The position numbers and the translations under genes were made by a program. 34,576 nt of DNA from Hyphomicrobiales bacterium (GTDB lineage Bacteria; Pseudomonadota; Alphaproteobacteria; Rhizobiales; Devosiaceae), in contig JAQGKB010000315.1 of NCBI GenBank assembly GCA_028290345.1, positions 1 through 34,576 on the forward strand, read 5' to 3'. The notes under the pieces were generated by a model. It did not search any database. It was given only the letters and a program-made list of their open reading frames with translations, and was not told where the DNA came from. Each line of letters begins with the position of its first letter. Position 1 is the stretch's first letter. This document shows positions 25,916 through 34,576 of the stretch, piece by piece.

Positions 25916-25946
25916 ACCTTGCTTTAATTCACTAAAAGTCATATGT

Positions 25947-27152
25947 ATGGGCGATATCAAGTCATCCATTCATCAATTGGACGGTTCTTTGCTTACCCCT
26001 TCCAAGCGCGCGATCCTTGAAACTCTGATCGAACGCGGCCCCCAGAGCCGAGCTGCAATTGCTGAAACTTTAGGCCTCAGCCGCGCCGCTCTTTCCGGGT
26101 TGAGCGGCGAGTTGATCGAGGCTGGAATTCTGCGCGAGGCAGAGACCAGTCATGATTCCAGCAGGCTCGGACGCCCGTCCATTCTGCTCGAACTCAACGC
26201 CGATCACGGCTATTTCGTCGGCGTGTCCATCGAACAGGTTAACTGCCCGATGGTGCTGGCCGATTTGCATGGCAATGTCATTGCCCAGCTTGCCTTGCCC
26301 ACCGCGCATGAGCCGGAAGAATTCGCCACCATCATTGCCGATGGCCTGACCAAACTGCTGACCAACGCCAAGATCGCGCGCAAGAACGTTCTGGGGCTCA
26401 GCGTCGTGCTGTCCGGCTTTGTCAATCACAGTCAGGATATCTGCCTGCAATCGGCCATCCTGGGATGGCACGAAGTGCCGCTGGCGCGGATGGTGGAAGA
26501 CAAGGTGGGCATTCCGACTTCGCTTGAAAACAATGCCAATGCCGCCGCCGTCGGCGAGAAGCTGTTCGGGCGTGGGCGCGAAGCGATCAATTTCAGCGTC
26601 GTCACTTTTGGCGAAAGCATTGGCTGCGCCCATTACATCGACGGCAAGTTGTACCGTGGCCATGGAGGCGGCGCCGGGGAGCTGGCCCATTGCACCATCG
26701 AGATCGACGGCGTGCCCTGCCGCTGCGGCAAGCGCGGTTGCCTCGACACGATCGCCTCGCAGCACGCAGTGGTTGCGGCGGCGCGTGAAGCGGGCCTTGC
26801 CGCCACCACCCCGCAACAGATCGAGGACCTTGCCAAAACCGGCAATCCGTCGGCGATCCGCATCCTGCATCGCGCCGGCCATGCGCTGGGGCTGGCCATT
26901 TCCCACCTCATTCAGCTCAACAATCCGGAACGGATCGTTATCGCCTCGGTCAATGGCACACTTGGCAGCCTGTTTCGCACGGTCACTGGACAGGCCATCG
27001 ATGCCTATGTGCTGCCCCAGCTCGGCTCGATGAGCGATATCCGTTTCGACGACGTCAACGAAATTTTCTGGGCTCGGGGCGCGGCCGCTATTGCCGCGCA
27101 TGGGTACCTCGTGGGCGCGGGCAGCGCCAAGGGAAAAAGAGACGCCGCGTAA
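25947..27152 (+). CDS. ROK family transcriptional regulator (NagC/Mlc/XylR-like)
   Basis: 401 aa. N-terminal wHTH ILETLIERGPQSRAAIAETLGLSRAALSGLSGELIEAG. ROK sugar-kinase-like body with zinc motif CRCGKRGCLD. Confidence 0.88.
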   Translation: MGDIKSSIHQLDGSLLTPSKRAILETLIERGPQSRAAIAETLGLSRAALSGLSGELIEAGILREAETSHDSSRLGRPSILLELNADHGYFVGVSIEQVNCPMVLADLHGNVIAQLALPTAHEPEEFATIIADGLTKLLTNAKIARKNVLGLSVVLSGFVNHSQDICLQSAILGWHEVPLARMVEDKVGIPTSLENNANAAAVGEKLFGRGREAINFSVVTFGESIGCAHYIDGKLYRGHGGGAGELAHCTIEIDGVPCRCGKRGCLDTIASQHAVVAAAREAGLAATTPQQIEDLAKTGNPSAIRILHRAGHALGLAISHLIQLNNPERIVIASVNGTLGSLFRTVTGQAIDAYVLPQLGSMSDIRFDDVNEIFWARGAAAIAAHGYLVGAGSAKGKRDAA

Positions 27153-27241
27153 AGGACCGCGTGATCGGGTTCGATGGCGGCCGACGACATCGCATGGTGC
27201 GACTCGTTGACGAGTGCACCGGCAAAAGGAGATTCAAGACA

Positions 27242-28039
27242 ATGAGCAGCAGCATGGCGAATTTGGCATCCGGCGACGCTTCCCCGGTTCCAGCAGGACT
27301 GCCGGTCATCGAAATCTGCGTCGAGGGGCTTGATGGACTGCTCGCGGCCCAGCGCGGCGGCGCGGACCGTGCCGAGCTTTGTGCAAGCCTCATCGAAGGC
27401 GGCATCACGCCAAGCTATGGCACCGTCATGCAGGCGCTCAAGCTTGCCACGATCCCGTTCTACACGATCATCCGCCCGCGCGGCGGGGATTTCCACTATT
27501 CGGAAGCCGAGTTTGCTTCCATGCTCGACGATGTCGAAGCACTGCGCGCGATGGGGGCGCCGGGCATCGTCATCGGCTGCCTGACGGCGGATGGGGCCAT
27601 CGACGAGCCGCGCATGAAGGCGCTGATCGACCGTGCCGGCGACATGCAGGTCACCTGCCATCGCGCTTTCGACATGACCGCCGAACCGCGCGAGGCGCTG
27701 GAAGCGCTGATCCGTTGCGGCGTGCACCGTGTGCTTACAAGCGGCCAGCGCAACACCGCCCTTGAAGGGGCGGAACTGTTGAAGGCGCTTGTAGAACAGG
27801 CCGGAGACCGCATCATCATCATGGGTTGCGGCAAGCTCTCCGCCGTCACTATCGGCGAAGTGCGGCGGTTGACCGGGCTGAAGGAGATGCATTTTTCTGC
27901 ACCCGCCCAGAAGCTGAGCGCCATGATCTATCGCAATCCCAATGTCGGCATGGGTGGCACCGATTTCGACCGTGAATATCGCACCACCGTTACCGACCCC
28001 GATATTGTGCGCGCCACCATCACGGCGGCGCGGGCCTAG
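27242..28039 (+). CDS. cutC: CutC family protein (copper homeostasis protein CutC homologue, TIM barrel)
   Basis: ATG at 27242 is preceded by AGGAG at 10 nt and gives 265 aa. IEICVEGLDGLLAAQRGGADRAELCASLIEGGITPSYG matches the CutC N-terminal signature. HRAFD motif present. Confidence 0.85.
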   Translation: MSSSMANLASGDASPVPAGLPVIEICVEGLDGLLAAQRGGADRAELCASLIEGGITPSYGTVMQALKLATIPFYTIIRPRGGDFHYSEAEFASMLDDVEALRAMGAPGIVIGCLTADGAIDEPRMKALIDRAGDMQVTCHRAFDMTAEPREALEALIRCGVHRVLTSGQRNTALEGAELLKALVEQAGDRIIIMGCGKLSAVTIGEVRRLTGLKEMHFSAPAQKLSAMIYRNPNVGMGGTDFDREYRTTVTDPDIVRATITAARA

Positions 28040-28078
28040 AATTATCGGGGACTGTCGGATTTCCCTGATGCTCTAACG

Positions 28079-28112
28079 AAAAAGGGGCGCGGCGAATGCG
28101 GCGCCCCTTTTT
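28079..28112. terminator. bidirectional Rho-independent terminator between convergent cutC and ABC ATPase genes
   Basis: AAAAA-GGGGCGC-GGCGAATGCG-GCGCCCC-TTTTT. The stem is 7 bp, plus 2 inner pairs. An A-tract flanks it on one side and a T-tract on the other, so it reads as a terminator on both strands. Confidence 0.8.
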
Positions 28113-28130
28113 CATTTCGGCGGAAAATCC

Positions 28131-29144
28131 TTACGTCAGCTCGGTGCGAATGCAGGCCGAGACGTGGTTTTCCCCCACCGTGACTCGCGGCGGCACCACA
28201 TCAGCGCAGGCATCGATGGCATAAGGGCAGCGCGTGCGGAAAACGCACCCGGACGGCGGATTGATCGGGCTGGGGATATCGCCTTCCAGCAGAATACGCT
28301 CCTTCCTGATCGTCGGATCGACCCGTGGAATGGCCGACAGCAGCGCCTTGGTATAGGGATGGCGCGGCCGCGAATAGAGCGCCGCCTTGGGCGCGATCTC
28401 CATGATCCGGCCGAGATACATCACGATCACCCGGTCGCAGAGGTGCTCCACCACCGCCAGGTCATGGGCTACGAACAGCATCGTCAGCCCGAGACTAGTC
28501 TGCAAATCCTGGATCAGGTTGACGATCTGCGCCTGCACGGAGACGTCCAGCGCCGAAACCGGCTCGTCGGCCACGATGAACTCGGGATCCACCGCCAACG
28601 CCCTCGCAATGCCGATGCGCTGGCGCTGCCCGCCCGAGAACTCGTGCGGATACCGAGCCATGGCATCGGCGCCCAAACCGACCTGCTCCAGCAGATGCGT
28701 GATCCGCCCCGGCCGTTCCGCCCGCGTCCCAAGCCGGTGGATCGACAGCGCCTCCCCGATGATCGCCCCCACCGATTTGCGCGGGTCGAGGCTGGCATAG
28801 GGGTCCTGGAAGATGAACTGCATCCGCCGCCGATAAGGCTGGAACTCCGCCGCCGTTAGCGCCGCCACGTCCACGCCGTCGAAAACCACTTCGCCCCCCG
28901 TCGGTTTCACCAGCCGCAGGATCGAGCGCCCAATCGTCGTCTTGCCTGAGCCGGATTCCCCCACCAGCCCCACCACCTCGCCCCGCGAAATGTCGAAGCT
29001 GACATCATCCACAGCCCGCACCGCGCCACCCTTTGGCCGCAGCAGCCCTCCCCCGATGGCAAAATGCGTCTTCAAGTTGCGAATCGAAAGCAAAGGCTTA
29101 TCCGCATCGGGCCCAACCATCGCAGCATCGCCGGCAGTACTCAT
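28131..29144 (-). CDS. ABC transporter ATP-binding protein, oligopeptide/dipeptide type (DppF/OppF-like)
   Basis: ATG at 29144 overlaps the upstream stop (ATGA) and gives 337 aa. Walker [10 protein letters not shown], signature FSGGQRQR, Walker B FIVADEP. C-terminal four-Cys motif [14 protein letters not shown]...AC. Confidence 0.9.
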   Translation of the reverse strand: MSTAGDAAMVGPDADKPLLSIRNLKTHFAIGGGLLRPKGGAVRAVDDVSFDISRGEVVGLVGESGSGKTTIGRSILRLVKPTGGEVVFDGVDVAALTAAEFQPYRRRMQFIFQDPYASLDPRKSVGAIIGEALSIHRLGTRAERPGRITHLLEQVGLGADAMARYPHEFSGGQRQRIGIARALAVDPEFIVADEPVSALDVSVQAQIVNLIQDLQTSLGLTMLFVAHDLAVVEHLCDRVIVMYLGRIMEIAPKAALYSRPRHPYTKALLSAIPRVDPTIRKERILLEGDIPSPINPPSGCVFRTRCPYAIDACADVVPPRVTVGENHVSACIRTELT

Positions 29145-30205
29145 GACGCCACCTCTTGCCAGCGGATGCACCGCGCAGCCTGCCCGCCCCCCGTGTCGAG
29201 CAAGGGCGGCATCTCCGCCCGGCAGGCATCGATCGCATGGGTGCATCGTGCCGCGAACAGGCACCCCGCCGGCCGGTTGCGCGGGTCGGGCACATTGCCG
29301 GGAATGGCGTAGAGGCGCTTCGGCCCCTCCTCTTCCCCGCTCCGCCGCCGTGCGCCGGGCACGCTGTTGAGCAGCCCGATGGTATAGGGGTGCTTGGGCC
29401 GCGTCAGGACGGAGACCACGTCCCCTTCCTCGACGATCAGCCCGCCATACATCACCGCCACCCGCTCCGCGACCTCCGCCACCACGCCCAGATCATGGGT
29501 GATGAACAGGATCGACATGCCGATCTCGCGCTGCAGCCGCTTCATCAGGTCGAGAATTTGAGCCTGGATAGTCACGTCCAGCGCCGTCGTCGGCTCGTCC
29601 GCGATCAACAGCGTCGGCCGGCAGCTCAGCGCCATCGCCACCATGACGCGCTGGCGCATGCCGCCCGACATTTGGTGCGGATAGTCGTCGACGCGCTTCT
29701 CGGCGGCGGAAATTCCCACCACCTTGAGCATGTCGATGGCCGCTTTGCGCGCCGCCGGGCGTGAAAGCTTTTGGTGCAGCACCACCGACTCGGCGATCTG
29801 GTCGCCCACGGTAAACACGGGGTTGAGCGAGGTCATCGGCTCCTGGAAGATCATCGAAATGTCGTTGCCGCGGATCTTGCGCATCTCTGCTTCCGACGCG
29901 ACGCGCAGGTCCTGCGTCCGCCCGTCCTTGCTGCGGAACGCCATCACCCCGTCCACCACCTTGCCATGAGCCTTGTCGAGCAGCGCCATGATCGAAAGGC
30001 TGGTGACGCTCTTGCCCGACCCGGATTCCCCAACGACGGCCAGTGTCTCGCCCGGCGCGATGTCGAAGGAAACCCCATCCACCGATTTGACCAGACCGCG
30101 ATCTGTGTCGAAATAGGTCTTGAGATTGCGCACCCGCAGAACCGGATAACCTGCGCCGCTGTCTGGCATCGTCACGAATTCGGTCTCCTGCATCGGGTCG
30201 CCCAT
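29141..30205 (-). CDS. ABC transporter ATP-binding protein, oligopeptide/dipeptide type (DppD/OppD-like)
   Basis: Walker [10 protein letters not shown], signature MSGGMRQR, Walker B LLIADEP. C-terminal [14 protein letters not shown]...RC. The start is ambiguous among in-frame ATGs at 30205, 30193 and 30169, and none has a strong SD. Confidence 0.85.
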   Translation of the reverse strand: MGDPMQETEFVTMPDSGAGYPVLRVRNLKTYFDTDRGLVKSVDGVSFDIAPGETLAVVGESGSGKSVTSLSIMALLDKAHGKVVDGVMAFRSKDGRTQDLRVASEAEMRKIRGNDISMIFQEPMTSLNPVFTVGDQIAESVVLHQKLSRPAARKAAIDMLKVVGISAAEKRVDDYPHQMSGGMRQRVMVAMALSCRPTLLIADEPTTALDVTIQAQILDLMKRLQREIGMSILFITHDLGVVAEVAERVAVMYGGLIVEEGDVVSVLTRPKHPYTIGLLNSVPGARRRSGEEEGPKRLYAIPGNVPDPRNRPAGCLFAARCTHAIDACRAEMPPLLDTGGGQAARCIRWQEVAS

Positions 30206-30261
30206 CCTGTGGCCTAGCTGAAAAATCCTTGCACCGGCAGCGAGCCGGCGCAGGGCAGTGG

Positions 30262-31710
30262 TCAGGAAACGAGCCTGGCGAGCGAGCGCCTGGAGAACAC
30301 CGCCCTGGGTATCCATTCCGGCTCCGCCACGATCGGAAAGGTTGGTACCACCATGCGCTTGCGCACCCGGATGGTGTCGTTCTGCGTCACGGCCCCATCC
30401 GACAGGATCATGAAATTGGGATTGGCGATCGGCTCCAGCTCGGGCGAGAGATAGCCGGATTTGACCAGCACCGTATCGGCCTTGAGCGGATCGAGCCCCA
30501 GCCGGGCGAAATCAGCGATATTGTGATAGGGTCGCCGCCGCGCCGAGACGACGATATCGACGCCCCCGACCCGCACCACCGCCTCGCGCTCCATCGGCTC
30601 GCTCGTCTCCACCAGCGTGACGACTTCCGCATTGACCCCGACCGACATGGACTTGAGATCGAGCGCCCCGCCGATCTTGAGGTCGACCAGCGCCCCAACG
30701 CCCGCCGCATAGGCTTTTTCCACCGCCGGCCGGTCCATCACGCCCGCCACGATCGTGTTGGTCAGCCCGTGCTTGAGCACCTCTGCCAGCACGTCGCCCC
30801 GGTCGCCGACGCCGCCGGCCGTGGGATTGTCCCCCGAATCCGCCAGGATTACCGGATGCGTCCTGCTCGCCTTGGCCAGCGCCACGCCCTCCTCGATCGT
30901 GCCCACCGGCACCGGATAGATGCATTCGTGCCGGGCATCCCAATAAGTCTGCGCCAGCTTGAGCGCCTCGCGCTCCAGTACGTCCCTGTCCATGCCGGTG
31001 AACACCGAGCAGGCCGTGGCGCGCGGCTCGTCCGCCGACCGGTACCCCACCTGCAGCGACGCATCCCACACGCCGTGCAGCGCATCGACTGCCGGCAGGC
31101 TCTCGTAGATCGATTTGGCCGGCTCGTAGCGCGTGCTGGTCCGCTCGCCGCCCATCAGCATCGGCACCTTGACCCAAGCGATCAGCGGCCGCTCGCCCGT
31201 CGTCAGCGCGTGGTTGAGCATCTTGAGCGAGCGCAACTGCGTTTCGGGCACGTCGATATGGGGCGCCGTCCGGTAGGTCGAGAAGATGTCGATGGCATCG
31301 AGGATCTTCTGGGACACATTGCCATGCAGGTCGTAGCTGACGGCGATCACGCAATCTTCGCCCACCACTTCGCGGGCCGAAGCCAGCCAGTCGCCCTCGG
31401 CATCTTCCATGCCCTCGACGAACACCGCCCCATGCATGGCCAGGTACAACCCGTCGAGCGGCATCTGCGCCTGAAGGCGCGCCAGGAAGTCGGCCTTGAA
31501 ATTTTCGTAGGTATCCCGCGCCACCGGCCCGCCCGGCACGGCTCTTGCATAAAAGGTAGGGAGGTAGGTCGCTTGATACGCCTTCAGAACCGAGAAATAC
31601 GCTTGACCCAGAATTTCGTCGCCACGCCAGATGACAAAGTCCCTCTCTTCGATCTTGACCGGATTGTATGTGCAGCATTCCACATGCAGCCCTCCTACGG
31701 CAACGCGCAT
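30262..31710 (-). CDS. M81 family metallopeptidase (MlrC-like)
   Basis: ATG at 31710 ([17 protein letters not shown]...) is preceded by AAGGG at 8 nt and gives 482 aa. The track start at 31719 is GTG. N-terminal DUF1485-like and C-terminal MlrC-like regions (YDLHGN, TAPHID). Confidence 0.8.
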   Translation of the reverse strand: MRVAVGGLHVECCTYNPVKIEERDFVIWRGDEILGQAYFSVLKAYQATYLPTFYARAVPGGPVARDTYENFKADFLARLQAQMPLDGLYLAMHGAVFVEGMEDAEGDWLASAREVVGEDCVIAVSYDLHGNVSQKILDAIDIFSTYRTAPHIDVPETQLRSLKMLNHALTTGERPLIAWVKVPMLMGGERTSTRYEPAKSIYESLPAVDALHGVWDASLQVGYRSADEPRATACSVFTGMDRDVLEREALKLAQTYWDARHECIYPVPVGTIEEGVALAKASRTHPVILADSGDNPTAGGVGDRGDVLAEVLKHGLTNTIVAGVMDRPAVEKAYAAGVGALVDLKIGGALDLKSMSVGVNAEVVTLVETSEPMEREAVVRVGGVDIVVSARRRPYHNIADFARLGLDPLKADTVLVKSGYLSPELEPIANPNFMILSDGAVTQNDTIRVRKRMVVPTFPIVAEPEWIPRAVFSRRSLARLVS

Positions 31711-31868
31711 AAACGACACCCTTTCGTTCCCTCATTTCACCGTGCGGCCTCGACCCACATGGCTACTAAATTATCATTTGACAGTTAGTTCACAATTTGA
31801 GCAAAGTCAACCAAAGTGGATGCAACAGGGCTTGTGAGGCGATGGGCATCGGCTAAGGAAAAAACTAA
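31711..31868. promoter_or_regulatory. divergent promoter region between the MlrC-ATPase arm and the SBP-permease arm
   Basis: 158-bp AT-enriched intergenic region between divergent start codons. Contains TTGACA at 31778-31783 and short inverted repeats (TTGAC..GTCAA). Confidence 0.5.
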
Positions 31869-33437
31869 ATGCAACGGAGTGCCAAGGTGAGATTTAATCT
31901 GCTTTCGACTCGAAGCCGCCAGCTTACATTGGCGCTCGCTGTAACCATGGCCGCCCTGATGGGCGGCACGGCCTATGCCCAATCCGTACTCACAGTGCTG
32001 CAGGCCGAAGCGCCGCGCTCGATGGATCCGGGCGATCACACGGCTTCGGTCACCTCGACCATTCTCGAGCCGATGTATGAAGGCCTCGTCCTGCGCAACA
32101 AGGACCTCAAGATCGCCCCGTCCCTCGCCACCGAGTGGACCAATTCGGAAGCCGGCAAGGTGTGGACCTTCAAGCTGCGCCCTGGCGTCAAATTCCATGA
32201 CGGCACCCCCTTCAACGCCGAGGCCGTCGTCCACAGTTTCGCGCGCTTCCTCGACAAGGGTCGCGGCCTCGCCGCCGCCGGCCGCATCACCGCCGTCATC
32301 GCCTCGATCAAGGCCATCGACGACACCACCGTCGAATTCACCCTCAAGGCCCCCTATTCCGGGTTCCTGACGCTCCTCACCACCAATACCGCAAAGATCG
32401 TCGGCGAAAAGGCCGACGTAGCCGGCAAGCTCGGCACTGTTCCCGTCGGCACCGGCGCCTTCAAGTTCGTCGAGTGGAAGTCGGGCGAATACGTCCTCGA
32501 AGCCCGCAACGACAGTTATTGGGGCGCTAAGCCCAGCATGGACGAGCTCAAGTTCACCTGGTCGGGCGAGGCCTCGGTGCTCTCCATGTCGGTCCAGGCC
32601 GGCAATGCCGACGTCGTCTATCCACTGCCGCCGACCTTCGCACCCACGGTCAAGAACAATCCGGACCTCAAGCTCCTCAATACCGAAGGGTCCTTCGTCT
32701 ACTGGATGTCGCTCAACACCAAGCTCAAGCCCCTCGATGACGTCAAGGTCCGACAGGCCCTGAACTTCGCCACCGATCGCGGCGCCCTCGTCGCTGCGCT
32801 CCTGCGCGGTTACGGCACGGCGGCCAATTCCCCGCTCGCCCCCACCAACCCCTTCTACGACAAGTCGCTGGCGACCTATACCTACGATCCCGCAAAAGCC
32901 AAGGCGCTGCTCTCCGAAGCCGGCCTGCCCAACGGCTTCACCATGACCACCGCGGTCGCCCAGCGCGACGCGCCCATCGCCGAAGCGCTCCAGGGCATGT
33001 GGGCCAAGATCGGCGTCACCCTCGAAATCCGCAACCAGGAAAGCGGCGTCTGGTCCAAGACCGCCTTCGCCGACCCGGCGGGCAAGCAAGCCGACAACCT
33101 CGCTTCCACCATCGCCTCCTGGTCGAGCGGCAGCTTCAACCCCGATCTGCAGCTGCGCCCGCTCTACGCGACCGCGAGCTGGTCCCCCGGCGGCGCCAAT
33201 CTCGGCTTCTTCAGCGATCCGCACCTAGATGAGCTGATCAACAAAGGCGCCGCCGAGATCGACGATGCCAAGGCCAAGGTCATCTATAACGAGGCCCAGA
33301 AGCTCATCAACGAGGAGGCGCCCCACGTTCTCCTCTATTCCCGCCGCGATCTCGTCGCCACCAGCGCCAAGGTCTCCAATGTCTGGATGACCCCCGGCGG
33401 CGTCGTCACCGTCCAATACGCCATCAAGGCGAAATAA
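31869..33437 (+). CDS. ABC transporter substrate-binding protein, family 5 (peptide/opine/nickel type)
   Basis: 522 aa. Signal peptide ends MGGTAYAQ. An alternative in-frame GTG at 31887 is preceded by GGAG. Confidence 0.88.
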   Translation: MQRSAKVRFNLLSTRSRQLTLALAVTMAALMGGTAYAQSVLTVLQAEAPRSMDPGDHTASVTSTILEPMYEGLVLRNKDLKIAPSLATEWTNSEAGKVWTFKLRPGVKFHDGTPFNAEAVVHSFARFLDKGRGLAAAGRITAVIASIKAIDDTTVEFTLKAPYSGFLTLLTTNTAKIVGEKADVAGKLGTVPVGTGAFKFVEWKSGEYVLEARNDSYWGAKPSMDELKFTWSGEASVLSMSVQAGNADVVYPLPPTFAPTVKNNPDLKLLNTEGSFVYWMSLNTKLKPLDDVKVRQALNFATDRGALVAALLRGYGTAANSPLAPTNPFYDKSLATYTYDPAKAKALLSEAGLPNGFTMTTAVAQRDAPIAEALQGMWAKIGVTLEIRNQESGVWSKTAFADPAGKQADNLASTIASWSSGSFNPDLQLRPLYATASWSPGGANLGFFSDPHLDELINKGAAEIDDAKAKVIYNEAQKLINEEAPHVLLYSRRDLVATSAKVSNVWMTPGGVVTVQYAIKAK

Positions 33438-33443
33438 GGTCTT

Positions 33444-33466
33444 GGGGCCGGCGCTCTTCCGGCCCC
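33444..33466 (+). promoter_or_regulatory. intercistronic stem-loop after the SBP gene
   Basis: 8-bp perfect stem GGGGCCGG (33444-33451) / CCGGCCCC (33459-33466) with a 7-nt loop, followed by TCTCTGTCTTG. Lies 6 nt after the SBP stop and before the permease gene. Confidence 0.55.
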
Positions 33467-33491
33467 TCTCTGTCTTGAGCCCGGGCGGTCG

Positions 33492-34412
33492 ATGAAACTC
33501 TACTTCGCCAGAAAATTCCTGATGCTGCCGCTGGTCCTGCTCGGCGTCTCCATCCTCGTCTTCCTCGCCATCCGCGCCCTGCCCGGTGACCCGGCCCGTC
33601 TCATGGCCGGCCCCGAAGCCACCCAGGAAGCGGTGGACAACATGCGCATCCGCCTCGGGCTCGACCAAAACCTCTTCGAACAATACGCCTCCTTCCTCTG
33701 GGCGGCGCTCCACGGCGATTTCGGCATCTCCATCCAGTCCAAACTCCCCGTCACCAGCGAGATCGCCGAACGTTTCCCCCACACGCTGGCGCTCGCCCTC
33801 TGCTCCTATATCTTTGCCACCTTCATCGGCGTGCCCGCCGGCGTCATCGCCGCCACCAACAAGGGCCGCTGGCCCGATCAGATCGTCATGCTCATCGCCA
33901 TCGCCGGCGCTTCCATGGCCAATTTCTGGCTGGCGCTGATGAGTATGAACCTGTTCTCGGTCCAGCTCGGCTGGCTGCCCCTGCTGGGTGCCTCGAACTG
34001 GCAAAGCTTCATCATGCCCACCTTCGCTCTTGGGCTCTTCCCCACCGCGCTCATCGCCCGCATGACCCGCTCCAGCATGGTCGAGGTCCTCAGCCAGGAC
34101 TATGTGCGCACCGCGCGCGCCAAGGGCCTCAGCAATGCCGTGGTCTATCGCAAGCACGCTCTGCGCAACGCGCTGATTCCCATCGTCACCATCATCGGCC
34201 TCAATTTCGGCTCGGTGCTCGGGGGAGCCGTGGTCACCGAAACGGTGTTCAACTGGCCGGGTATCGGCCGACTCCTGGTCGATTCGGTCAGCTACCGCGA
34301 CTATCCGATGATCCAGGCGCTGATCCTGCTCGCCGTCGTCTGCGTCGTTTTGATGAACTTCCTCGCCGACATGATCATCGCCGCCCTCAACCCCCGCATA
34401 AGGTTCGATTGA
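33492..34412 (+). CDS. ABC transporter permease (DppB/OppB-like)
   Basis: 306 aa. N-terminus FARKFLMLPLVLLGVSILVFLAIRALPGDPARL is typical of DppB-type permeases. Confidence 0.88.
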   Translation: MKLYFARKFLMLPLVLLGVSILVFLAIRALPGDPARLMAGPEATQEAVDNMRIRLGLDQNLFEQYASFLWAALHGDFGISIQSKLPVTSEIAERFPHTLALALCSYIFATFIGVPAGVIAATNKGRWPDQIVMLIAIAGASMANFWLALMSMNLFSVQLGWLPLLGASNWQSFIMPTFALGLFPTALIARMTRSSMVEVLSQDYVRTARAKGLSNAVVYRKHALRNALIPIVTIIGLNFGSVLGGAVVTETVFNWPGIGRLLVDSVSYRDYPMIQALILLAVVCVVLMNFLADMIIAALNPRIRFD

Positions 34413-34413
34413 G

Positions 34414-34576
34414 ATGGCCACGGAGGCCCTGCTGACCACTCCACCCGCACGGCCCACTCGCCTCTCCCGTGCGCTGCGCTTCATGTGGCGGCGGCGCAGC
34501 CTCAGCATCGGCGCCGTCCTCGTCGGCATCATCGTGCTCGCGGCGATCCTCGCCCCGCTCCTCACCCGTGCCGATC
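34414..34576 (+). CDS. ABC transporter permease (DppC/OppC-like), 5' partial at the window end
   Basis: ATG at 34414 lies 1 nt after the preceding stop. MATEALLTTPPARPTRLSRALRFMWRRRSLSIGAVLVGIIVLAAILAPLL has the typical DppC N-terminal helix. Truncated by the window edge. Confidence 0.75.
   Translation, partial: MATEALLTTPPARPTRLSRALRFMWRRRSLSIGAVLVGIIVLAAILAPLLTRAD

Noticed and set aside
30229-31788. 519-aa + strand ORF
   Set aside because: Antisense to the MlrC-like gene. The translation is Arg/His/Asp-rich, and there is no SD or motif.
34398-34412. tRNA T-loop-like GGTTCGATT
   Set aside because: It lies inside the 3' end of the permease CDS, with no acceptor or anticodon stems around it. 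No tRNA-like cloverleaf was seen anywhere in the window.
31785-34565. Two long minus-strand ORFs (479 aa and 446 aa)
   Set aside because: They are antisense to the SBP and permease genes. The translations are Gly/Asp/Glu/Arg-rich and repetitive with no recognisable domain, so these are high-GC shadow ORFs.

Overview
High-GC, densely coding chromosomal window that looks alphaproteobacterial (Rhizobiales/Hyphomicrobiales style). I found no rRNA, tRNA, CRISPR array, transposase, integrase or recognisable defence genes. About 37 CDS can be supported.

Positions 210-19524 form one almost uninterrupted minus-strand array with three parts:
(i) A LacI-gated operon: Gfo/Idh/MocA dehydrogenase, xylose-isomerase-fold TIM barrel, monosaccharide-type ABC importer, and an orphan cytoplasmic Asp-box propeller.
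(ii) A GntR-led oxidative sugar module: enolase-superfamily dehydratase, SDR, aldose-1-epimerase-like protein, SMP-30 lactonase.
(iii) After a 640-bp low-GC gap, a peptide/opine-type (family-5 SBP) ABC importer co-transcribed with a UxuA-type dehydratase and an NAD epimerase/dehydratase.

Downstream of 19524 come, in order:
- the LacI regulator gene (19676-20710);
- a histidine-phosphatase-like gene with CHA in place of the RHG motif;
- a cobalamin riboswitch driving cbtB-cbtA;
- a DUF983 gene;
- a MocR-type regulator facing a 44-codon relic of a 5-aminolevulinate-synthase-like gene;
- a DUF309 gene;
- a ROK regulator plus cutC;
- a second family-5 ABC importer split into divergent arms, one led by an MlrC/M81 peptidase.

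Non-coding highlights:
- a 36-bp perfect inverted repeat (REP-like) between two operon genes;
- a perfect 14-bp LacI-type operator palindrome;
- GC-rich stem-loops immediately after all three SBP genes;
- a bidirectional terminator;
- a fragment in the 640-bp gap that shares the conserved core of the cobalamin riboswitch.

I see no clear-cut new defence or mobile system. The best candidates for undescribed biology are the LacI-gated operon with its propeller and the mismatch between the sugar-acid enzymes and the peptide-type transporter. All product calls come from motif recognition by eye and need HMM or structure confirmation.
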